Shown one piece after another: positions 51,329 through 58,805 of a DNA stretch of 64,000 nucleotides. The notes below the pieces were generated by a model, which saw only the letters and a program-made list of their open reading frames with translations, searched no databases and was not told the DNA's origin. How positions within the stretch are numbered: the stretch's first letter is position 1; each line of letters starts with the position of its first letter. Made by a program: the position numbers and the translations under genes. Source of the stretch: a virus; the IMG/VR virus record IMGVR_UViG_3300037502_003876, positions 1-64,000 of that record; one strand, given 5' to 3'.

Positions 51329-51798
51329 GGCTCCACCTCACCACGCCCGGGCGAGGGGTCGTCCGGGTCGTCGTCGTCGTCGGGCCTGTCCGTGTGGCGG
51401 GCCGGGTCGCGGTCGCGCTGCGTGAGGAGCTGCATCCAGTGGCAGCGGCCGATGGCGCGCATCCGGCAGTACACCAGCGCCTCGTCGTGGGCGAGCGTGC
51501 TGCCGCAGTCCGGGCAGCACTCCTCGGCCACCCGGCGCGCGGCCTCCCGCGTGGCCTCGGCCACGGCGACGCGGCGCACGGCCGACGGGGGACGGCGCTG
51601 GCGCGGCGCCGCCGGGGGTGGTGGTGGGCGCAGCGCGCGGGCGGCCTCGCGGGCGGCGGCCCGCTTCGCCGTGCGCCGGGCGACCTGCGCGACGAGCCGG
51701 CACTGCTGGTTGCAGTACCGCTGGCGCTCCGTGTAGTCCCGCGAGCGGAACACGAACGGCCGCCCGCAGGCGGGGTTGCCGCACCGGCCCTCGCTCAT
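51325..51798 (-). CDS. Zinc-ribbon protein, paralog 1
   Basis: C-terminus CPDCGSTLAHDEALVYCRMRAIGRCHWMQLLTQRDRDP. N-terminus CGNPACG...CNQQC. Confidence 0.5.
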   Translation of the reverse strand: MSEGRCGNPACGRPFVFRSRDYTERQRYCNQQCRLVAQVARRTAKRAAAREAARALRPPPPPAAPRQRRPPSAVRRVAVAEATREAARRVAEECCPDCGSTLAHDEALVYCRMRAIGRCHWMQLLTQRDRDPARHTDRPDDDDDPDDPSPGRGEVEP

Positions 51799-52238
51799 GG
51801 GTCGCCCCCGAGGAGCGAGAGCTGTTCCCCGCGGCCGGCGCGCTCGCGTTCCAGGATGGCGTTGGCCTCGTCGAGCGCGCGCTGGATGTGATCGAGGTGC
51901 GGAGGCAGGCGGCCGAAGAGCGCCCGGTAGGCGTTGGACCAGTGGTTGGCGATCATGGCCGTTTCCAGGCGGTACCGCTCCAGGCGCGCCACCTCCGCCT
52001 GGACGGCGGCGAACCGCTCCGGGTCGCGCGCGGCGATGGCGGTGCGGCACTCCTCGATGTGCGCCAGGGACCGCTGCTCGGCCTCGGCCATGCGCCGCCG
52101 GAAGTCCTCGGCGTGGTCGGCGTGCGTGTCCTTCGGCGCGGCGGTCTGCACCAGCCCGGCGTGGGCGAGGAGCGGCGCCCTGGCGGCGGCGCGCTTCTGC
52201 GCGGCGGCCTGGCGTTGCTCGGGCGTCCAGTGGCTCAC
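51795..52238 (-). CDS. Hypothetical helical protein
   Basis: GTG at 52238 overlaps the upstream stop. 147 aa. Confidence 0.45.
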   Translation of the reverse strand: MSHWTPEQRQAAAQKRAAARAPLLAHAGLVQTAAPKDTHADHAEDFRRRMAEAEQRSLAHIEECRTAIAARDPERFAAVQAEVARLERYRLETAMIANHWSNAYRALFGRLPPHLDHIQRALDEANAILERERAGRGEQLSLLGGDP

Positions 52239-52474
52239 GGCGTCCTCCGCATCTTCCGCAGCACGGCGGCGAGGCGCCGCTGCCGGACGGCACGCGAGGG
52301 CACCACCGGCACGCCCCTGCGCTCCAGGGCGTCGGCCAGGTCGCACTCGGCGTCCGCGTCCTCCGGGGGTACCAGCCCCGGGTCGCAGTCGACGGGCCGG
52401 CCGAGGTGGGCGTGGTAGGCGGCCAGTTCGTCCAGCGAGCCGGCGGCGTGGGCGGCGAGGGCGCGGGCGATCAT
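52235..52474 (-). CDS. Hypothetical small protein
   Basis: ATGA overlap with the upstream stop. 79 aa. Confidence 0.4.
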   Translation of the reverse strand: MIARALAAHAAGSLDELAAYHAHLGRPVDCDPGLVPPEDADAECDLADALERRGVPVVPSRAVRQRRLAAVLRKMRRTP

Positions 52475-52755
52475 GCGGCCACCCCGTGCTTCTTCGCCAG
52501 GGCGACGCGCTGCGCCTCCTCGCTCTCCAGCCGGTCCGCCACGGCCCGCAGCCGGGCGACGACGGTGGCCACGGGGAGGCCGCGGGACGCCCGGACGATG
52601 CCCCAGCACAGGGCGCGGCCGAGGGCGCTGGACCTCTCGGCCGGCGTGGCGCGAGGGTCGGTGTCGGCGTAGAGGGCGAGGTCTTCGACGTTGCGGGTCA
52701 GGAGGTCCGCGAGGCGGCGGACCAGCTCGTTCTCGTTCTGGCTGTAGGTGGTCAT
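52471..52755 (-). CDS. Hypothetical small protein
   Basis: ATGA overlap with the upstream stop. 94 aa. Confidence 0.45.
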   Translation of the reverse strand: MTTYSQNENELVRRLADLLTRNVEDLALYADTDPRATPAERSSALGRALCWGIVRASRGLPVATVVARLRAVADRLESEEAQRVALAKKHGVAA

Positions 52756-52988
52756 CGGTAGAGGCTCCCGGGGTAGGTCGGGGTGGTGGTCTCCGCGTCG
52801 AGCGCGGTCACGGGGTCGGGCACGTCGGTCCACATCGCGGCCCACTCGGCGCGCATCTGGGCGGCGCGCTGCGGGTCGATGACGTGGACGCCGCTGTCGG
52901 CGGGCTCGCCGTCGAGGTCGTCCAGGTCGGGGGCAGGGGAGGGCAGGGTGTCGCGGGGGTCGGGCGGGGGCGGGATGCAGGGGCGCAT
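52752..52988 (-). CDS. Hypothetical Pro/Asp-rich small protein
   Basis: 78-aa ORF preceded by the conserved leader GAGGAGACACGACCC. Confidence 0.4.
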   Translation of the reverse strand: MRPCIPPPPDPRDTLPSPAPDLDDLDGEPADSGVHVIDPQRAAQMRAEWAAMWTDVPDPVTALDAETTTPTYPGSLYR

Positions 52989-53075
52989 GGGTCGTGTCTC
53001 CTCGGGCCGGTGGTGTCGTCGGCCTCGTGCTGCCGTCCTCGCGTGGGAGAGCGGCAGCCCGCGGCGGGCGAGGGC

Positions 53076-53489
53076 TCAGTCGCGTCCGTCCGCGTACATG
53101 CCGATCTCGGCGGTGCGGTCCGGCGTGGAGACGATGGCGCGGGCGTAGGCCCACGCACGCTCCTCGGCAGGGCGCACCGGGCCGCTCGGGAACCCGAGCA
53201 GCAGTCGCTTGGCACACGCCCGGATCACGTCGGCGCGGACGTGATGGAGGCCGTGAACGCGGTAATCCAGGTCGTGATCCAACTCCTGGACCAGATCCTC
53301 GCACCGCACGCGCCGGTCCTCGGGAGGGAGGTAGCCGACATGCCCGGGAGCGCTGATGGGTGCACCGCCTCCCCACGCCGGTTTGGTGATGATGCGCGAC
53401 GCGGACACCGTGCCTGGTGGGTAGGGGCGCTTGGGTGGCACGTCAGCAGCGAGTGCGTCGAGGGCTTCAATCATGGTCGGGGATTCCAT
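53076..53489 (-). CDS. Hypothetical protein
   Basis: 137-aa ORF preceded by the conserved leader AGGAGACACGACCCC. Confidence 0.45.
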   Translation of the reverse strand: MESPTMIEALDALAADVPPKRPYPPGTVSASRIITKPAWGGGAPISAPGHVGYLPPEDRRVRCEDLVQELDHDLDYRVHGLHHVRADVIRACAKRLLLGFPSGPVRPAEERAWAYARAIVSTPDRTAEIGMYADGRD

Positions 53490-53588
53490 GGGGTCGTGTC
53501 TCCTGGGGTGGTCTCGGGCAGAGTCGTCGGCCCGGCGCTGCCCCCGAGGCGAGGGCAGGGCGAGGCCACCGACGCGGGTGGCGGGTGG

Positions 53589-53867
53589 TCAGAACGGGAT
53601 GTCCTGGTAGTTCTCCAGGTCAGCCGGCGTCGTGTCCGGGTGGTTGCGCAGCCACTCGGTCTGCCGGGCCATCTCGGCGGCCTCCTGCGCGGCGGCCATG
53701 GCGCGGAGGTCGACGTAGGTGCCGGTGGCCCGGTCGTAGTGGCGCCCGCGCTGGGCCTCGCGCCAGCACAGGAAACAGACGGCGGCCGTGTCCTCGGGGC
53801 CGATGGCGATGTGGCGGTGCGGCTTGCGGTCCTTGTCGCAGAACTCGCAGGTGATGGTGGTGCTCAC
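53589..53867 (-). CDS. Zinc-finger protein ending in an SSB-tip-like ...NYQDIPF
   Basis: GTG overlaps the upstream stop. CEFC...CFLC. Confidence 0.45.
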   Translation of the reverse strand: MSTTITCEFCDKDRKPHRHIAIGPEDTAAVCFLCWREAQRGRHYDRATGTYVDLRAMAAAQEAAEMARQTEWLRNHPDTTPADLENYQDIPF

Positions 53868-54052
53868 CACGCACCTCCGTCGTCCTCGCGGAGCATCCGG
53901 GCGATGCAGCCGCGGCACATCGACCACCGGGAGGTGATCGGGACGGGGGCGCCGCAGGAGCAGCGCATCCCGATGACGCGGCCGTCGTCGTCGCGGTCGG
54001 GGCAACAGCCGGGCTCGTGGCCGCAGCAGGGGAAGTCTTCGCAGCGTGGCAT
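53864..54052 (-). CDS. Cys-rich small protein
   Basis: 62 aa with 10 Cys. Preceded by the conserved leader AAGGAGACACGACC. Confidence 0.45.
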   Translation of the reverse strand: MPRCEDFPCCGHEPGCCPDRDDDGRVIGMRCSCGAPVPITSRWSMCRGCIARMLREDDGGAW

Positions 54053-54133
54053 GGTCGTGTCTCCTTCAGGTGGTCAGGTCGGCGGGTCCGGCGAGGCGCG
54101 TGGCGTCGCGGGACCGGCGGGCCCGCCCGCCCG

Positions 54134-54394
54134 TCACGGGGCGTCGATGGGCTCGTCCAGGTCGCTGTCGGGTCGGTCGTTCTCGCCGTGGTCGCGGTAG
54201 CCGTGGCGCTCCGTGGACCAGCAGCGGTCGCAGTAGCGGCCCGCGTAGATGCGGTAGGAGTAGCGGGCCTCACCCTGCCCCGGCGTGCCGCAGCGGGTGC
54301 AGCGGGTGCGGTTCTCCCAGTCGCACTCGTGGCAGAGGGAGAAGCCGTAGCGGTCCGTGGTGAGGACGTGGCCGTGGGTGGTACAGCGGTCCAT
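54134..54394 (-). CDS. Cys-rich zinc-binding small protein
   Basis: ATGA overlap with the upstream stop. CHEC...CTRC...CDRC. Confidence 0.45.
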   Translation of the reverse strand: MDRCTTHGHVLTTDRYGFSLCHECDWENRTRCTRCGTPGQGEARYSYRIYAGRYCDRCWSTERHGYRDHGENDRPDSDLDEPIDAP

Positions 54395-54729
54395 CACGCC
54401 ACCGCCTTCGCCAGCGGGGCCGGGGCCGCGGAGCCGTACCGGAGGGCCGCCTCGCAGGCGTGGAGGCCCGCCCGCAGACCGGCGAGGGTGTGGCGGTCGG
54501 GGGTGCTGTCGGTGCTCCACCGCGCCACCTCGGCGACGGCGACCACCGCGCGGCGCCAGGGGCCGTAAGCGAGGAGGCGGGCGGCCGGGTCGCCCGTGCG
54601 CTCGTGCTCGTCGGCGTAGAGGCCCAGCTCGTTGACGGCCGCGTAGGCGGTCTCCGTGAGCGCGGTGAGCAGGTCGCGCTCGGCGGGGGTTGGGGTCCAG
54701 ATCGGGAGGAGGTCGTCGTCGCTGTGCAT
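54394..54729 (-). CDS. Hypothetical protein, first gene of the leftward early operon
   Basis: ATG at 54729 has CATAGT 7-12 nt upstream and TTGCAT 17 nt further. The codons upstream of 54729 lose GC3 bias. Confidence 0.45.
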   Translation of the reverse strand: MHSDDDLLPIWTPTPAERDLLTALTETAYAAVNELGLYADEHERTGDPAARLLAYGPWRRAVVAVAEVARWSTDSTPDRHTLAGLRAGLHACEAALRYGSAAPAPLAKAVA

Positions 54730-54844
54730 GAGAAGACTATGCGCCCACTCATGAATCAATGCAAGGACTCATTCATGCATCGGTGCAAGTTAGGTGGGAC
54801 AATGTGCGCTTGCACGGGTAGGCAAGGTGGGCGACCCTGGCCCC
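54730..54844. promoter_or_regulatory. Divergent promoter/operator region (lower GC)
   Basis: Inverted repeats catgaat/attcatg (54750-56 / 54771-77) and gtgcaag/cttgcac (54783-89 / 54809-15). TTGCAT-N17-CATAGT reads leftward. Confidence 0.5.
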
Positions 54845-55411
54845 ATGACACAGGCCCCCTACTCGCCCCCGCCCGCGCCTCCCCCTGCGCCCGCCGCGTC
54901 CTCGACCGGGAACACCCTCGGCGTCCTCCTGATGGTCGCGTCGTGCGTGTTCCTGGCCTACAAGGGATGGGAGGCACTACAGCCCGCGCCCGCACCGGTA
55001 CCCTCGCCGGATGACGTGTCGAAGTGGTGGCGCGAGTTCGACGCCGAGCCACACCTGGGGAACGCGCCCATCGTCGAGCGGTACAAGGCCATCGACCAGC
55101 GACTGCTGGCGCACCCGACGCCGGACGCCACGCTCGTGGCCCGCGAGCGAAACGGCGAGGAACTACGCTACCGCGCGGCGATGGTACTGAACCCGGAGAC
55201 CCGCGCCATCGGCTACCAGAAGCGCACGGTTCATCCCAGCGCGGACCCGATCAAGTGCGCGCTCTGGGCATCGACGTGGAAGAACAGTGCGGCCGACTCC
55301 CTGCGCGCGTTCGGCTTCAAGAATATCGTCTGCGGCGGCGGCGACACCTGGCCGCTCTTACCACCCGGACCCGGTGCGCATGAGCGACGCGCGCACCTCG
55401 TAAGCCCGTAG
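54845..55411 (+). CDS. Membrane-anchored protein (lysogenic-conversion or exclusion candidate)
   Basis: ATG at 54845. Pro-rich N-terminus, then transmembrane segment LGVLLMVASCVFLAY. Its 3' end converges on and overlaps the ImmA-like gene. Confidence 0.5.
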   Translation: MTQAPYSPPPAPPPAPAASSTGNTLGVLLMVASCVFLAYKGWEALQPAPAPVPSPDDVSKWWREFDAEPHLGNAPIVERYKAIDQRLLAHPTPDATLVARERNGEELRYRAAMVLNPETRAIGYQKRTVHPSADPIKCALWASTWKNSAADSLRAFGFKNIVCGGGDTWPLLPPGPGAHERRAHLVSP

Positions 55412-55828
55412 CGACACCTCGCTGGGCAAGAGCACGTCCCTGTAGATCTCGACGATTTCCTGTGGGTGGGTGTCGCGCAGTAGTCCGACCAGGCCCATTC
55501 GGCCGAGGCAGACCGCGCGGCCGAGCTGGTCGGCGCAGCATTCACAGTGAGGCATCCGGTAGCCCGCCTCGATCATGACGACGTGGCCGCACTCGTGGGC
55601 GAGTACGCTCGTGATGCGGGGGTCGCTCCCGGCGAATCGCACCTGCACCGTGCGCGACTCGACCAGCGTGCGGCCGTCCTCCGGGCCGGCGCCGAGGAGC
55701 GGTTGCACGTCCCAGCCGAGGGCCAGCAGGACGGCGAACGGGTTGCGCTGGTCCATGCCGTCCAGGCCGACGCGGGCCAGGACCGACTCGACCAGCGCAT
55801 CGTGGTCGGAGAGGTGGCGCATCCACAT
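55358..55828 (-). CDS. ImmA/IrrE-family zinc metallopeptidase
   Basis: HEXXH as VLAHECGHVV. The start overlaps the repressor stop (TGATG). Confidence 0.65.
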   Translation of the reverse strand: MWMRHLSDHDALVESVLARVGLDGMDQRNPFAVLLALGWDVQPLLGAGPEDGRTLVESRTVQVRFAGSDPRITSVLAHECGHVVMIEAGYRMPHCECCADQLGRAVCLGRMGLVGLLRDTHPQEIVEIYRDVLLPSEVSLRAYEVRASLMRTGSGW

Positions 55829-56535
55829 CAACGGCGGCTCGCCCCCGACTTCGGCCGTGGCGACCTGGGGCCAGGAGGCGCATCGCCGCCGCGCACGTCC
55901 TCGTTCCACCGGACGGCCTCGGCCTTGTGGCGCTCGTAGGTGGCGAGCTGCGCGCGCAGTTCGTTGTTCTCCTCGATCACGCGCTTGAAGCAGGCATTGT
56001 GCAGGTCTTTCGGTTCCACCGGCTGGCCGCGCTCGCGGTACTTGGCGGCCGTGTCCAGCAGGCGGCGTACGTAGTCCGTAGGGTCCAGCCCACGCATGAA
56101 CGGCGCCCCGACCATGAGGGCGTCCTCGACCAGCGTACCGTCCGCGTAGTCATGGCGCCCCTTGTCCATGCAGGACTGGACCATCTTCCTGGCAGCGATG
56201 CGCTCTGCCGTCGGAACCCTCACGTCGGAGATGGGCGCGGGGACGGTCTGCGACACAGGCGCGGCGGGCGGCGCGGGCTTGACGATGGGCGACGGTGCGC
56301 CCGGCTTGCGGCCCAAAACCTCGAGCACGTCCATCCCCAGAATGGCCGCTACCTTGAGGGCAAGGTCGGAGCTGGCGCCAGAGCCACCCGAGAGGAAGCG
56401 GCTGACGAACGACTGGCTGACGCCGAGGGCAACAGCGACATCGCTCGCGTTGCCGTTGAACCGCTCGTTCTGGGTCTTCCTTACGAGTTCACGCAGCCGG
56501 TCGTTCTCTTGCTCGGTCAGGGATTTCTTGGCCAT
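55828..56535 (-). CDS. XRE/CI-type phage repressor
   Basis: HTH NASDVAVALGVSQSFVSRFLSG. Divergent from the cro-like gene and followed by the ImmA-like peptidase. Confidence 0.7.
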   Translation of the reverse strand: MAKKSLTEQENDRLRELVRKTQNERFNGNASDVAVALGVSQSFVSRFLSGGSGASSDLALKVAAILGMDVLEVLGRKPGAPSPIVKPAPPAAPVSQTVPAPISDVRVPTAERIAARKMVQSCMDKGRHDYADGTLVEDALMVGAPFMRGLDPTDYVRRLLDTAAKYRERGQPVEPKDLHNACFKRVIEENNELRAQLATYERHKAEAVRWNEDVRGGDAPPGPRSPRPKSGASRR

Positions 56536-56618
56536 CGAGACCACTATGCAGCAACTCAACTTTACTCGACTAAAGAAGTGACTTGCGCATACCTTGACTC
56601 TGTGCATAATGCTCATGC
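56536..56618. promoter_or_regulatory. Immunity-switch intergenic region with divergent promoters
   Basis: Lowest-GC spacer in the window. TGCATAAT (56603-10) is 8 nt before the cro-like ATG. The reverse complement of cactatgca (TGCATAGTG, 56542-50) is 7 nt before the repressor ATG. Confidence 0.6.
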
Positions 56619-56900
56619 ATGGCCAAGACTGGTAGCGCGTTGCTCTCCGCCAAAGCTCGTGAGCTAGGCGGACAGGTGCGGGTGGCGGAGGCGACAGGCG
56701 TAAGCCAGTCGCTCATCAGCCGGATCATCAACGAAGGGGTCCAGCCCACGCTGGACACGGCGTTCTCCTTCCAGGAGGCGCTGGGTATCCCCCTGGACGC
56801 ATGGCGCCGTCGTGGGCGCAAGCGGGCGTCTGGTGGGCCGAGGCGCCCGACGGTTCCCTCGCCGCAGTCGGGCGGTGAGGAGGAGAGGCAGGCGTCGTGA
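56619..56900 (+). CDS. Cro-like XRE HTH protein
   Basis: RVAEATGVSQSLISRIINEG. Divergent from the repressor. Confidence 0.65.
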   Translation: MAKTGSALLSAKARELGGQVRVAEATGVSQSLISRIINEGVQPTLDTAFSFQEALGIPLDAWRRRGRKRASGGPRRPTVPSPQSGGEEERQAS

Positions 56901-57400
56901 TGGGCGCGGCCGTTGCTGTGCGTCGGGTGCATGTCCCGGAGCCTAGGCAATCGGGCGTGGTCGCGGCAGTGTACGACCGAGCGATTTCGTGCACCCTCGC
57001 CGCGGCGCTCGATGCGTCCGGGGTAAGCCTGGCCGCGCTGGCGGACGCGGCCGGCGTGAGCAAGAGCCGGGTGGCGCAGTGGGCGGACCCCACCCACGAG
57101 GCCGAGCCGAACCTGTCGCACCTGCGCCGGATGCCGCGGTCGGTGCGCCGGGCGGTCGGGCTGGCGCTGGTGGAGAGCGCCGACGCGGACACGCCCCCGA
57201 CGCCGGAGGCGCGGTGGGTCGGGGTGGCGCTCTCGCTGACCGCGCGGGTGGCCGGGCTGACGGCGCGGCTGGAGACGGCCCGGGCGGGTGGGCCGCTGGC
57301 GCGGGAGGATGCGGTCGCGCTCCTGCGGGAGCTGGCAGCCGTGCGCGAGGAGGTCGCGCGCCTGGAGGCCGGGGTGCGCGCGAGCGGGGGCCAGCGTTGA
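56897..57400 (+). CDS. HTH regulator (cII-like position)
   Basis: VSLAALADAAGVSKSRVAQWADP. Start overlaps the cro-like stop. Confidence 0.5.
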   Translation: MMGAAVAVRRVHVPEPRQSGVVAAVYDRAISCTLAAALDASGVSLAALADAAGVSKSRVAQWADPTHEAEPNLSHLRRMPRSVRRAVGLALVESADADTPPTPEARWVGVALSLTARVAGLTARLETARAGGPLAREDAVALLRELAAVREEVARLEAGVRASGGQR

Positions 57401-57648
57401 CCGCGCTCCCCGTCGTCCACCGACGCCCCGAGGCCGACTGCCGCCACTGCGGCAAGGCGGAGGGCGACTCCTGCCCCGCGTGTGGCGGCGTCAACGCCGT
57501 CGCCGGGGCCGACAAAAAGCGACGCGCTCGGATAGCTCCCGAGCGCGCCAGGACCGAGGGATCCGCCCCCGGTTCTAGCACAACGCCCGCGCCGGTCGAG
57601 TCCGCGCCGCGTGGGGATGCACAGCGGACCGAGGAGATCCACCCATGA
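57397..57648 (+). CDS. Zinc-ribbon small protein (TTG start, tentative)
   Basis: TTGA overlap with the upstream stop. CRHC...CPAC. High GC3. ATGA overlap with the next gene. Confidence 0.4.
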   Translation: MTALPVVHRRPEADCRHCGKAEGDSCPACGGVNAVAGADKKRRARIAPERARTEGSAPGSSTTPAPVESAPRGDAQRTEEIHP

Positions 57649-58805
57649 CTACCGCCAAGAAGATCAGCGTCAGCAACGAGACCATCACCCCCACCGTCGG
57701 CATGGTCCTCGTGCCCAGGGCGAACAAGCCTGGCAACCACAAGCCGTGCCGCGTCGTGGGCGTCGGCGAGACCATCGGCATCCGCGTGGAGCGCGCGTCC
57801 GGCGTCGTCACGATGGCGTTCGGGACGATGAACAAGAAGTACCGCCGCGCCACGGAGGAGGAGGCCGACGGGTTCAACGCCGCGCTGTCGCACCGCGAGG
57901 TGGAAGACGCCAAGCCGGCGCTGTCCGCCAACCCGTCGGCTCCGCGCCCGACCGTCGCCCACGAGCCCGCCGTGAACGATGGGCCGACGTCAACGCCGGG
58001 GCTGGCCAAGATCGACGCCGCGGAAGTCCTCTCCCTCCACGAGACGATCCGCGCCCTCAGCGAGCGGCTGGACCGCGCGGAGCAGTCCAGGCGCGAGGAG
58101 ACCAAGGCGCTCCAGTCGTCCAACGCCATCGTCGCGGCTGCGCTCCAGAAGCTCAGCGAGCAGGTCACCGCGCCCGCGCTGAAGGCCGGGGATGCCGTGG
58201 ACCGGGCCAAGAAGGAGGAGCACAAGGCGAAGTTCCGCGGCCTGCTGCGCCAGTTCGTCGGCGAGAAGATGGAGGTCATCAACCTCAGCGACCCGAACCA
58301 GCGCCGCCGTGCCCTGTTCGCGGGGGACATCGAGAAGGCGTTCGTGGCCTGGATCAAGGAGGGCAACCGCCACCCGGAGGTGCCCTACTCCCACGCGGTC
58401 TTCTCGCTGCTTCTGGAGATCGAGACGGCCAAGGCGCGCGAGGGCCAGAAGATCAAGGGGCAGGAGAAGCAACTGACCCCGTGGGCCTGGAAGAACACGC
58501 GGCAGATGAGCCTCAACCTGGAGGAGAGGACGGACGGCCTGGCCGCGATGGCGGACGCGCTGTCGATCATCGCCCACGCCCGGGACCACGTTCGCAAGTG
58601 GAAGGGGCTCGACCTCACGCCGCACATCACCACGGTCGCGGAACTCATCAAGTCCAGAACCTTCACCAAGGCGGAACTGCTGCGGGCGATGGACGCGATG
58701 AACGCCGACCTCCACGGCAGTAACAAGGTCTGGCCACCAGAGCAGATCTTCACCACGCCGGCCCTGCGCTACCTCATCGGCAGCGGGATCGGAGGTGACC
58801 AGTGA
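57645..58805 (+). CDS. Hypothetical early protein (Lys/Glu-rich central coiled coil)
   Basis: 386-aa ORF, translationally coupled on both sides. Confidence 0.55.
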   Translation: MTTAKKISVSNETITPTVGMVLVPRANKPGNHKPCRVVGVGETIGIRVERASGVVTMAFGTMNKKYRRATEEEADGFNAALSHREVEDAKPALSANPSAPRPTVAHEPAVNDGPTSTPGLAKIDAAEVLSLHETIRALSERLDRAEQSRREETKALQSSNAIVAAALQKLSEQVTAPALKAGDAVDRAKKEEHKAKFRGLLRQFVGEKMEVINLSDPNQRRRALFAGDIEKAFVAWIKEGNRHPEVPYSHAVFSLLLEIETAKAREGQKIKGQEKQLTPWAWKNTRQMSLNLEERTDGLAAMADALSIIAHARDHVRKWKGLDLTPHITTVAELIKSRTFTKAELLRAMDAMNADLHGSNKVWPPEQIFTTPALRYLIGSGIGGDQ

